A stretch of DNA of 64,000 nucleotides from an uncultured Eubacteriales bacterium (GTDB taxonomy: Bacteria > Bacillota > Clostridia > Christensenellales > UBA1242). A model generated the notes under the pieces. That model saw only the letters and a program-made list of their open reading frames with translations. It ran no database searches and was not told the origin of the DNA. Each line of letters opens with the position of its first letter. The stretch's first letter is position 1. A program made the translations under genes and the position numbers. This document shows positions 27,955-37,090 of the stretch, piece after piece. Location: NCBI GenBank assembly GCA_900551855.1, contig URXM01000003.1, forward strand, positions 11,895 to 75,894, read 5' to 3'.

Positions 27955-28797
27955 ATGAGAGTTGCAGATAGTTGGAAAGATTATAAAGTTTTGGCAACAG
28001 GCGATGGCGAAAAACTTGAAAGTTGGGCTGGTATAACACTTTTAAGACCAGACCCTCAAGTTATTTGGCATAAGAAAAGAGATTTGAAGAAAAATGTTGA
28101 TGCATTCTATGAAAGAAAAGATGGTGGTGGGCTTTGGCATTACAACAAAAGTATACCAGCTGAATGGGAGATAGAATGGAAAGGCTTGAAGTTTATTGTC
28201 AAGCCTATGGGATTTAAGCATACTGGCATTTTCCCAGAGCAAGCAGTAAACTGGGAAATGATGGCAAAGCTTATCAAAAACACAAATCGACCTATCAAAG
28301 TCTTGAATTTGTTTGCTTACACTGGTGGTGCTTCTGTGGCGTGCTCTAAAGCAGGAGCAAGTGTAACACACATTGATGCAAGCAAAGGCATGGTTGAAAG
28401 AGCGAAAGAAAATGCAAGATTAAATGGCATTTCAAACATAAGATTTATTGTTGATGATTGTCAAAAGTTTATTGAAAGAGAAATCAGAAGAGGAAACACT
28501 TACGACGCAATAATTATGGATCCTCCAAGTTATGGGCGTGGACCTAGTGGCGAAATGTGGAAATTGGAAAACGATTTGGCTGATTTTGTTGCACTTACAA
28601 AAAAAGTCCTTTCTGACAAACCATTGTTTGTTTTGATAAATTCTTACACTACAGGGCTTCAACCAACTGTTATTGCAAACATTTTGAAGTCTGTGTTTGG
28701 AAATGAAAATGTTGAAGCTGATGAAATTGGACTTCCTACTGAAGAAGGATTGATTTTGCCTTGTGGGGCAAGTGGAGTAAAAATATGGAAAAATTAA
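27955..28797 (+). CDS. class I SAM-dependent (rRNA) methyltransferase, RlmI/RlmK-like catalytic module
   Basis: SAM-binding segment VLNLFAYTGGASVACSKAGA and catalytic motif IIMDPPSYG. Confidence 0.7.
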   Translation: MRVADSWKDYKVLATGDGEKLESWAGITLLRPDPQVIWHKKRDLKKNVDAFYERKDGGGLWHYNKSIPAEWEIEWKGLKFIVKPMGFKHTGIFPEQAVNWEMMAKLIKNTNRPIKVLNLFAYTGGASVACSKAGASVTHIDASKGMVERAKENARLNGISNIRFIVDDCQKFIEREIRRGNTYDAIIMDPPSYGRGPSGEMWKLENDLADFVALTKKVLSDKPLFVLINSYTTGLQPTVIANILKSVFGNENVEADEIGLPTEEGLILPCGASGVKIWKN

Positions 28798-29480
28798 CAG
28801 TTTTATATGAAGATAATCAAATTGTTGTGGTTATAAAGCCACAAAATGTCCCTACTATGCCAGACAATAGCAAAGATGAAGATATGCTTTCAATGGTTAA
28901 GGCGTATGTGAAAGAAAAGTATAACAAAGAAGGCGAAGCTTTTATTGGGCTCGTTCACAGATTGGATCGTCCAACAGGTGGAATTATGGTCTTTGCTAGA
29001 AATTCTAAATCAGCAAAAAGATTGTCCGAACAATTTTCAACACATGATGTAGAAAAAGTTTATTATGCTGTCACAAAGGGCGTTGTAAAAGTTAAAACTC
29101 AAAAATTGGTAAACTATTTAAAGAAAGACGAAAAAGAAAACATCGTAAAAATAGTTCCTATGTCAGAAACTGGGGCTAAAAAAGCAGAACTTGTCTATAA
29201 TTTATTGGAAGAAAATGGAAAAGAGAGTCTTTTGGAAGTCAAAATTTTGACTGGAAGAAGTCATCAAATCAGACTTCAACTTGCAAATATTGGATATCCA
29301 CTTGTTGGAGATGTCAAATATGGCAAAGAAAAAGGACAAACTTCAAAATTGGGATTATGGGCAGGGAAACTTGCATTCAATCATCCAACTACAAAAGAGA
29401 GAATGGTTTTTATGGCTTGTCCTGATATGGATAAAGAGCCTTGGAAAAACTTTAGAATGGAAAAATATCTTGTTAGGTAG
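28785..29480 (+). CDS. RluA family pseudouridine synthase
   Basis: Catalytic motif HRLDRPTGG and the motif GRSHQIRLQL. There is no S4 domain. The start overlaps the end of the upstream gene. Confidence 0.85.
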   Translation: MEKLTVLYEDNQIVVVIKPQNVPTMPDNSKDEDMLSMVKAYVKEKYNKEGEAFIGLVHRLDRPTGGIMVFARNSKSAKRLSEQFSTHDVEKVYYAVTKGVVKVKTQKLVNYLKKDEKENIVKIVPMSETGAKKAELVYNLLEENGKESLLEVKILTGRSHQIRLQLANIGYPLVGDVKYGKEKGQTSKLGLWAGKLAFNHPTTKERMVFMACPDMDKEPWKNFRMEKYLVR

Positions 29481-29489
29481 GGGAGTTGT

Positions 29490-31268
29490 ATGAAGTTAAG
29501 AAGCGAAATTGAAGGAAAATATAAATGGGACTTGTCAAAGTATTGCAAAAGTGTAGAAGATTTTTACGCAAGACTGGAAAAGGTTGCTGGCAGAGCAAAA
29601 GATTTCAAGGAATATGAAGGCAAACTTTCTGACGACAACACTTTGTTTGAATGTCTTGAACTTGAAACAGAAATTGACAAAGAATTATCACTTTTGGCAG
29701 TTTATGCAAGTTTGAAATTGAGCGAAGATAATTCTGACAGACAGGCAAATGAGATGAATGAAAAAATGGGTATAGTTATATCCAAATTTTCTACTGCAAC
29801 TTCTTATGTTGATGTGGAAATAAGCAAGTTTAAAGAAGAGAAACTCAAAGCTTTGCAATCAAATGAAAAATTTAAAAACTATTCAAGATATTTTGAAGCA
29901 GTTTTAAGAGAGAAAAAGCACACATTGAGCAAAAGAGAAGAGTTGCTTATTTCTCAACTTGGCGAATTTTTGGGCGGTTTTTCAAGTAATTTCGATAAAT
30001 TTACTGATGTAGATTTGAAGTTTGACAACATCAAAGACAGCAATGGAAAAGAATATGAATTTAACCAATCAAAATATTCTGTTTATGTTGAAAGCAAGGA
30101 CAGATCATTGAGAGAAAATGCTTTTAAGCAGATGAATGGAAAGCACGGAGAATTTATAAACTTTCTTGCAAACAACTATATCAATGATGTTAAAGAAGAT
30201 TGCATTTTTGCAAAAATAAGAAAATATAAATCAGCACTTTCTGCGTCAATCTACAATGAAGAAGCAGACGAAAAAGTTTATAAATTGTTGGTAAAGAAAG
30301 TAAGAAAAAATGTTGGACTTTTGCAGAGATATTTTGAAGTTAAACGCAAGATGTTGAATCTTGATAGATTTGCAATTTATGACACTTTTGCACCAGTTGT
30401 TGAAGAGGTGGATAAAAAATATTCTTATGATGAAGCCATTGAATTGATCAAAGAAGCTGTTTCTGTTTTGGGCGATGAGTATGTTTCTTTGATTGACAGA
30501 GCAAAAAATGAACGCTGGATTGATGTTTATCCAAACAAAAACAAATCAAGTGGGGCGTTTTCTACCGGCTCTTATGGAGCAAATCCTGTTGTACTGACAA
30601 ACTATGAAGGGAATCTTGAAAGTGTGTTTACATTGGCACACGAATTGGGACATGCAATGCATACCTATTTTTCCGAAAAATTCCAGCCAATTCAAACTTC
30701 AAATTATGTGATTTTTGTGGCAGAAGTTGCAAGCAATGTAAATGAGATGCTATTGCTTCGTTTGCTTATGTCTCGTGCAAAGACAAAACAAGAAAGAATT
30801 TATTATTACGACCACTTCCTTAAACAGATGCGTTCTTCAATTTTTAGACAGACAATGTTCTCTGAATTTGAAGAATTTGCTCACAAAGAATATGAGAAAG
30901 AAAAGCCACTTTCTCCAGAGTTGTTGTGCGAAGAATATGAAAAATTAAACAACTTTTATCACGGGAGAAAAGTTAAACAAATACCTGAAATGAAATATGA
31001 GTGGGCGAGAATTCCTCATTTCTTTAGAAGTTTTTATGTGTATAAATATGCAACAGGACTTATCTGTGCAATAAAGATTTCTCACGATTTGACAACAGAT
31101 CCAAAATTCTACAAAGATTATCTCAAGTTTTTGTCTTCAGGGAACAGTGCTGACCCTATTTCTCTGTTGAAGATTGCTGATTGTGATTTGACAAAAGAAG
31201 AAACTTTTGATCAGGCTTTTGCAGCTTGTGAAGAAATTATAGAAAAATGGGAACACGAGTTAGACTAA
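29490..31268 (+). CDS. pepF: oligoendopeptidase F (M3B metallopeptidase)
   Basis: Zinc motif HELGHAMH. 592 aa with typical PepF architecture. Confidence 0.9.
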   Translation: MKLRSEIEGKYKWDLSKYCKSVEDFYARLEKVAGRAKDFKEYEGKLSDDNTLFECLELETEIDKELSLLAVYASLKLSEDNSDRQANEMNEKMGIVISKFSTATSYVDVEISKFKEEKLKALQSNEKFKNYSRYFEAVLREKKHTLSKREELLISQLGEFLGGFSSNFDKFTDVDLKFDNIKDSNGKEYEFNQSKYSVYVESKDRSLRENAFKQMNGKHGEFINFLANNYINDVKEDCIFAKIRKYKSALSASIYNEEADEKVYKLLVKKVRKNVGLLQRYFEVKRKMLNLDRFAIYDTFAPVVEEVDKKYSYDEAIELIKEAVSVLGDEYVSLIDRAKNERWIDVYPNKNKSSGAFSTGSYGANPVVLTNYEGNLESVFTLAHELGHAMHTYFSEKFQPIQTSNYVIFVAEVASNVNEMLLLRLLMSRAKTKQERIYYYDHFLKQMRSSIFRQTMFSEFEEFAHKEYEKEKPLSPELLCEEYEKLNNFYHGRKVKQIPEMKYEWARIPHFFRSFYVYKYATGLICAIKISHDLTTDPKFYKDYLKFLSSGNSADPISLLKIADCDLTKEETFDQAFAACEEIIEKWEHELD

Positions 31269-31314
31269 TAAAAATGCATAAATATTTTACATTATGTATA
31301 AATATACAAAAATA

Positions 31315-31349
31315 AAAACGAACAAGAAGTTATGCTTGCTCGTTTTTTT
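31315..31349. terminator. bidirectional terminator between pepF and the convergent small gene
   Basis: Hairpin CGAACAAG...CTTGCTCG (one mismatch) flanked by an A-run and a T-run. Confidence 0.55.
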
Positions 31350-31386
31350 GATGGTTATCGTTGGATATTTATGATTTATTTGAAGT

Positions 31387-31590
31387 TTACTTGTTGTTTT
31401 TTGCTATTAGATAACCTACCATAAAATATAGTATATTGTTTCCATCTATGCAGTTGTTCCAGCCACATTGAGGGGGACATGGAGGAGGGCAACAGCAAGG
31501 TGATGGAGGTGGTGGCTGACAACAGCAACCATTACTGAATGGACGCAAATCTTGACAACAACCTGTCATGTATTTTGTTGAATATCTCAT
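31387..31590 (-). CDS. Cys/Pro-rich microprotein (67 aa) with hydrophobic C-terminus
   Basis: GGAGG RBS 7 nt upstream of the ATG. Bounded by a terminator. The peptide has 11 Cys and 11 Pro (GCCQ, GCCCQPPPPSPCCCPPPCPPQCG) and the tail ILYFMVGYLIA. It creates a local GC spike in an AT-rich gap. Confidence 0.55.
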   Translation of the reverse strand: MRYSTKYMTGCCQDLRPFSNGCCCQPPPPSPCCCPPPCPPQCGWNNCIDGNNILYFMVGYLIAKNNK

Positions 31591-31699
31591 TTGTTTGCCT
31601 CCATTATCAGTCTATGTCAAGTTTTGTTTTATGTTCTTATTTTTGTAGCAAAATTTGATTTTGTTTTGTGATTATTTTTTTATATGCTAAAATGTTGAT

Positions 31700-32425
31700 A
31701 TGAAAAAAAGAATTGATTTGATTTTGTTTGAAAAAGGTTTTTATTCTTCTAGAGAAAAAAGTAAACAAGCAATAGAAATGGGCAGAGTTAAAGTTGATGG
31801 AAAAATTGTTTCAAAACCATCTTTGGAATGTGATGAAGATTGTCAAATTTCGGCGCTTCCTTTTGAGTTTGTTTCTAGGGGAGGTTTTAAACTACAAAGT
31901 GCAATAGAAAAGTTTGGCATTGATTTGAAAGGAAAAGTTGTTTTGGATATAGGGGCTTCTACTGGTGGTTTCTCTGATGTGTGTTTAAAGGCGGGAGCAA
32001 AAAAGATTTATGCTGTTGATACAGGCGAAGGTCAACTTAGCGAAGTGATAAAAAACAATCCAAAAGTGATAAATTTGGAAAAGACAAATTATCTTGATTT
32101 ACAAAAGAGTTTTTTAAGTGATGTTGAATTTGTTGTCATTGATGTTTCTTTTGTCAGTCTTACAAAACTTATACCAAAACTTGCCAATGATTTTGAAAAG
32201 GTGGAGATTGTTGCTTTGATAAAACCTCAGTTTGAATGTGGAATTGATTATGCAAGAAAGCACAAAGGAATTGTGAAGGATGCAAAAGTAAGAGAGAAAA
32301 TAATCAAAAACATCTCTGATTGTTTTGAAAAATTTGGTTTTGTTAAACACGGGCTTATTGAATCTCCAATTAAGGGCGGGGATGGCAATGTTGAATTTTT
32401 GATTTATTTGTCAAAAAATAAATAA
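31700..32425 (+). CDS. tlyA: TlyA family rRNA 2'-O-methyltransferase
   Basis: N-terminal S4-like domain, then FVSRGGFKL and VLDIGASTGGFSDV (FtsJ fold). Confidence 0.85.
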   Translation: MKKRIDLILFEKGFYSSREKSKQAIEMGRVKVDGKIVSKPSLECDEDCQISALPFEFVSRGGFKLQSAIEKFGIDLKGKVVLDIGASTGGFSDVCLKAGAKKIYAVDTGEGQLSEVIKNNPKVINLEKTNYLDLQKSFLSDVEFVVIDVSFVSLTKLIPKLANDFEKVEIVALIKPQFECGIDYARKHKGIVKDAKVREKIIKNISDCFEKFGFVKHGLIESPIKGGDGNVEFLIYLSKNK

Positions 32426-32581
32426 TTTTTGATTTTTATTTAATATTTTATTATTTTTTTACGAAAAAAATATTTTAATTTAATTATTTTATAAAAAGAA
32501 AATATAAAAAATCCTCTTTAATCGTATTTTAAAGGGGATTATTTATTTCTAAAAATATATTTTTTATTTATTTTTATTATT

Positions 32582-33376
32582 TTATTTAGTATTTTTGTCT
32601 TTTTTATAAAATATTTTTGTTAAATAATTATTTATAAAATTTGTTGAAAAAATATGTCTGCAGAAATTGAAAAATTTATATTGTTTTCCAATTATATATC
32701 TTGGCTTGAAATGTTTTTTCTCACAGATTTTGTATATCTTTTTGATGGCGTATTCAGGGGACATTCTTCTTTTTTCTGTTTTTTCAGTTGGCTTTGTTGA
32801 GAGTTCGATTGAATTGCCATATCTTTCATTTGTTTGATAGATTTTTACTCTGTTGCTTGAAAAGTTTGTTCTTATATCACCAGGGCAAATTGATGTCACT
32901 CTTATTTGTGTTTGTGAAAGTTCCATTCTCAAGCTTTGTGCAAAACTGTCAACTGCTGCTTTGCTTGCACAATAATATGCTTTAAATGGCAATGGGAAAA
33001 GTGCTGTTGCAGAGGCAAGAATGATTATTTTCCCTCTCTTTTTCATCATAGGAATAGCATATTTGCAGGCGTTTGCTGTCCCAAAAAAGTTGACATCAAA
33101 TTGTTTTTTTGTGTCTGCTTCTTTCAATAATTCAATCGCTCCACTCAGTCCATATCCGGCACAGGTTATGAGCATATCAATTTCTCCATGATTTAGGTAA
33201 ATATCATCAAAAACTTTTTTAAGTTTTCTGTGATCTCCAACATCGCATTGATAATCTCTTCCGTTTAATGATACATCAATGACCACATCACCTTTTTTTT
33301 CGAAGATTTCTCTCAAACCTTGTCCAATTCCGCTTGATGCTCCAGTTATGACTATTGTCCTTTTCTCTATCCTCAT
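32582..33376 (-). CDS. SDR family oxidoreductase
   Basis: Motifs TGASSGIG and YCASKAA (YxxxK). Confidence 0.85.
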   Translation of the reverse strand: MRIEKRTIVITGASSGIGQGLREIFEKKGDVVIDVSLNGRDYQCDVGDHRKLKKVFDDIYLNHGEIDMLITCAGYGLSGAIELLKEADTKKQFDVNFFGTANACKYAIPMMKKRGKIIILASATALFPLPFKAYYCASKAAVDSFAQSLRMELSQTQIRVTSICPGDIRTNFSSNRVKIYQTNERYGNSIELSTKPTEKTEKRRMSPEYAIKKIYKICEKKHFKPRYIIGKQYKFFNFCRHIFSTNFINNYLTKIFYKKDKNTK

Positions 33377-33523
33377 TTCAAACTCCTATTTTGTATTTTA
33401 TAACAAATATGTTTTTTTTCAAAATAATTTGACAATATTTTTGCTAGATGATAACATATCAATAATTTTGTAAGACTAAAATTATTATGCTTCAAGATAA
33501 AAAATTTTAAAGAGGGCATATTT

Positions 33524-34060
33524 ATGTATTATATGAATAAAAGAAAAAGAAATTTGATTATTGCAGCCGCTATATTGAATTTGATTGGCATTACTATAAG
33601 TTTGATCTTGTCAATTGTGTTGTTGACAAACAAAAGTTTGGCACAAGAATATCAAGAATACTATTATGTGCTTAGTTATTCTTCAAACATTTATTACACT
33701 GTCATATCCTTTATTGTTGGAATAATTGGGAGTATTTTCCTTCTTTATTCTGTTCGTCAAAAGGGTAAATATTTTAGAACTTCTCAAGGGTTGTATTTGA
33801 CAGGTTTTATCATTATCATCTTCTTTGGTGGGTGGTTATCTTGGCTTCTTCTTTTCATTTCTATGTTTATTCCTGATGTTATTGTGATGAACACAAAGAG
33901 TGAAATCAGACAAGAACAAAAAGTTGAAGATCAACAAGCTCAAGAGAAAGAACGAGAATATGAAGAGAAAAAGAAGAAAATTGAAGAATTGAAACGCTTG
34001 AGAGACAATGGACTTATAACAGAAGAAGAGTATAAAGAAAAATTGTTTGAACTCTTATAA
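33524..34060 (+). CDS. membrane protein with C-terminal SHOCT domain
   Basis: Four predicted TM helices, then a charged linker and LKRLRDNGLITEEEYKEKLFELL (SHOCT pattern). Confidence 0.55.
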   Translation: MYYMNKRKRNLIIAAAILNLIGITISLILSIVLLTNKSLAQEYQEYYYVLSYSSNIYYTVISFIVGIIGSIFLLYSVRQKGKYFRTSQGLYLTGFIIIIFFGGWLSWLLLFISMFIPDVIVMNTKSEIRQEQKVEDQQAQEKEREYEEKKKKIEELKRLRDNGLITEEEYKEKLFELL

Positions 34061-34075
34061 TTGTGATTATTAAAA

Positions 34076-34114
34076 CAAAAAAGGATAGTGCAAATGCATT
34101 ATCCTTTTATTTTA
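34076..34114. terminator. rho-independent terminator (convergent genes)
   Basis: Hairpin AGGATAGTGCA...TGCATTATCCT followed by a T-run. Confidence 0.55.
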
Positions 34115-34208
34115 TCTAATTATTTTTTCTAACTTCAAAATTTGAAAAGTTTTTTTGAAGTTTTTTTTGAAGTTTGTTTTGTGTGATTTTTGTGTTTTGT
34201 TTTGAATT

Positions 34209-35396
34209 TTAGATAATTCTTTCTCCAGTTATTCCTTCTTTAAATCCGCAAGGAGAAGTGCAAGTATAATCTCCAAATGTACAACGAGATGACTTCTTTG
34301 CATAAGGTTTCAAGTCTTCTGCACCAGGGTGTCCTGCTTTTTCAAGCTCGTTGTAAACTTCCATTATTGTGCTTGTTGTTTGTTTGTCTATTTCAAGTTG
34401 CGCAAAAGTGCATTTTCTTTCTTTTGCTTTGAGAATAAGATTGTCAAGATTTCCTTGTTCTACTATTTCAACCAAAAGTCCTTGTGGGAAACTGTCAGCA
34501 AGTGATTCACAGTCTTTACACCAAGAAAGAGCCAAAGTTTTGTTGTCTTTTATGATTGGTGGAATGTAATATTCTGCTTGTGGCAACAATTTGAAGTTAT
34601 AGGAAATAGTTCTGTGTCTTTGTGCTTGAGCAAGTTGTGCAAGTGAGCCATTGTATGCAACTTGATAAACATCCCCATATTGTTTTACTACTGGGCGAGA
34701 AGTTTTGTGGTTTATCAAAGACAAATGTCTGCCTTTTGCATCATAAAGATCTTTGTCAAGGTATGGAAGTTTTTCAAATGCGTCTGCAAGGCTTTGAAGT
34801 CCTTCTGCATATTTTTTATAAAATGGAGAAGTCTCTTCCAAATCAATCCTTTTGATTTCTTTCTTGATGAGAGAATATAAAACATTGAATTGTCTAAATG
34901 AAACAGTGTAAACCATTGTTGTAGGGGTAAACACTGATGTAAGATATCTAGCATTTTCTTGTGCCAATTTTGTGATTTTTTGATCGGTAAAGAAATTTGG
35001 ATATGTAGATTGATATTTTTTTGCTATTTCTTGTTTGAAAATTTCTAACCATTTATCATACAAAGCTTTTTGATCTTCTGGAACATCGTGCATAACTTTG
35101 TATCTGGCAGATTTTTCACTTGTTGTATACATTTTTTCATTGTTTAATGTCATAGCAATTATTTTTGGTATTCCAACGAGTTCTAATGTGAATTCTCCAT
35201 GGTCATAAGGGCTGTGGTGTCCACTTCCTTTTGTAAGTCCAATTCTTCTTTTTGTTTTTTCTTCAGGTTCGTTGAAAAGTTTTTCGGTTGTGTCTGGGAG
35301 ATAGCAAACTCCTGCTGCAAGTCCTCCAAGTTTTTCAAGCTCTTCCTTTGGTGCTTGATAGCCCAATTTTGTTGAAGCAATAACTCTAACTTCCAT
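34209..35396 (-). CDS. ThyX (Thy1) family flavin-dependent thymidylate synthase-like protein, atypical long form with two partial ThyX motif sets
   Basis: GHHSPYDHGEFTLEL...TTSEKSARY matches the first half of the ThyX motif but lacks RHR. AQAQRHRTISYNF...EYYIPP supplies RHRxxSYN and lacks SxRY. Strong AGAGGAGG RBS upstream of the MEVRVI start. Confidence 0.5.
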   Translation of the reverse strand: MEVRVIASTKLGYQAPKEELEKLGGLAAGVCYLPDTTEKLFNEPEEKTKRRIGLTKGSGHHSPYDHGEFTLELVGIPKIIAMTLNNEKMYTTSEKSARYKVMHDVPEDQKALYDKWLEIFKQEIAKKYQSTYPNFFTDQKITKLAQENARYLTSVFTPTTMVYTVSFRQFNVLYSLIKKEIKRIDLEETSPFYKKYAEGLQSLADAFEKLPYLDKDLYDAKGRHLSLINHKTSRPVVKQYGDVYQVAYNGSLAQLAQAQRHRTISYNFKLLPQAEYYIPPIIKDNKTLALSWCKDCESLADSFPQGLLVEIVEQGNLDNLILKAKERKCTFAQLEIDKQTTSTIMEVYNELEKAGHPGAEDLKPYAKKSSRCTFGDYTCTSPCGFKEGITGERII

Positions 35397-35444
35397 AAAT
35401 CCTCCTCTTTTTGTTAACAAATATAGCATAAAAAAAGACAAAAA

Positions 35445-35909
35445 TCAAGGCAAATTTTTGTCTTTCTTATTTCTTTTCTCTTTGAAAAAATTTGTAATAA
35501 GTTTTGAACAAATTTCTTCGTTTTCTGTATCTTGAACATAGTCTGTTTTGTGGTTTAAACGAACGCTTGTCAAGATTTTTTCAAACAATCCATCTTGTGC
35601 AGTTTTGTCTTTTGCGCCATATATAACTTTGCTTATTCGGGCGTTTACTATTGCACCAGCACACATAGGGCAAGGCTCTAAAGTGACATACATTTCACAA
35701 TTTTCAAGACGCCAATCTTGAAGTTTTTTGCAGGCTTTGTTTATTGCAATGATTTCGGCGTGCATAAGAGCATTTTTTTTCTTTTCTCTTTTGTTGTGTC
35801 CTTTTGCAATCACTTTTCCATCTTTTACGATGACTGCGCCAATTGGGACTTCTTCGTTTTTTAGGGCAATTTCTGCTTCTTTGATAGCCATTTCCATAAA
35901 GTTTTTCAT
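35445..35909 (-). CDS. tadA: tRNA adenosine(34) deaminase
   Basis: CDA-fold zinc motifs HAEIIAI and PCPMCAGA. 154 aa. Confidence 0.9.
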   Translation of the reverse strand: MKNFMEMAIKEAEIALKNEEVPIGAVIVKDGKVIAKGHNKREKKKNALMHAEIIAINKACKKLQDWRLENCEMYVTLEPCPMCAGAIVNARISKVIYGAKDKTAQDGLFEKILTSVRLNHKTDYVQDTENEEICSKLITNFFKEKRNKKDKNLP

Positions 35910-35989
35910 ATTTTGATTTTAACAAGAAATTTGTTGTTTGTCTAGCAGTTTTCTTGTTTTTTTATGTTTGTTGTGATATTATTTGAAAT

Positions 35990-37009
35990 ATGGAAAACAC
36001 AAAAGAACTTAGAAAATCTCTTGATAAAAGAAATTTTTATACAGTAAAAGATACAGGAAGAGTTTATCTTTACGCTTTGATTTTGCCTTTGGCTATTGGC
36101 ATTGTTTTTTGCTATATTTCAATGGCAATCGTGCTTGGGACGGGTTATACTTTTCCTGAGAACTCTAATGCTATCGTCGTAATGTTCAATGAATTTATTT
36201 GGTTTGCCATTTTATATTCTTTTTTGACACAAATTGTTTTTATAAGCATTTTCTTCTGTTATAACAAAACAAACAGAATTAAATATAGTGCTTGCAACAT
36301 TTCTTTCAAGCAAGCAAATGTTTGGTCTGTTTTGCTTTCTGCTGTGGTCGGAATTGTTTGCGTGCTAGGTTTTATATGGTTGATTGAAGGCTGTTTTGGT
36401 GGTCTGTTTGAAGTTATGGGCATAGACACAGAGGCTTCTGTTTCTTTGCCTCTCAACACTGTGGGTTGGTATTTTGTCAATCTTTTGATTTTGGGAATTG
36501 TGCCAGCGATTTGCGAAGAATTGATTTTTAGAGGAATTATTTTCCAAGGACTTAAAGAAAGATTTTCCAAAGTTGTAAGTGTTTTGCTGAGTGCTCTTAT
36601 GTTTGCTCTTATGCATCAAAACATCGTGCAATTTATCTATCCTTTCATTTTGGGGTGTGTGCTTGCTGTTGTTATGGACAGAACAAACAATTTGTTGTAT
36701 CCAATGATCATTCACTTCTTCAACAATTTCACAACAATTACAATCAGTTTCTTGGCTAATATAAAAGCAATTGATTTATCTTTCAATTTGACTTGGTGGT
36801 TTATCCTTTTGGCTATTTTCTTGGCTGGACTTACTTGTGTCCTTTTATGGCTTTTGGATAAGTATTATTTAAGAAAACATAAAAAAGTTGAAGTTGAAAA
36901 GACTGGAGAATTGACTCAAACTCCACCTATTAGTGTTGGAAAATTTCCTATCACTGTAATCTGTGGAATTGTTGTTGCTTTGGTTATTTTGATTGTTAAT
37001 GCTGTTTAA
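35990..37009 (+). CDS. CPBP family intramembrane glutamic endopeptidase
   Basis: Motifs CEELIFRG, LMHQN and IIHFFNNF in a polytopic membrane protein. Confidence 0.8.
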   Translation: MENTKELRKSLDKRNFYTVKDTGRVYLYALILPLAIGIVFCYISMAIVLGTGYTFPENSNAIVVMFNEFIWFAILYSFLTQIVFISIFFCYNKTNRIKYSACNISFKQANVWSVLLSAVVGIVCVLGFIWLIEGCFGGLFEVMGIDTEASVSLPLNTVGWYFVNLLILGIVPAICEELIFRGIIFQGLKERFSKVVSVLLSALMFALMHQNIVQFIYPFILGCVLAVVMDRTNNLLYPMIIHFFNNFTTITISFLANIKAIDLSFNLTWWFILLAIFLAGLTCVLLWLLDKYYLRKHKKVEVEKTGELTQTPPISVGKFPITVICGIVVALVILIVNAV

Positions 37010-37090
37010 AGTGTTGTCTCATCATGATTTTGAAAGTCGCTTGATGTTATAAATGTTGGTTTTAGAGAGTATATTAATTTTGGAGATACT

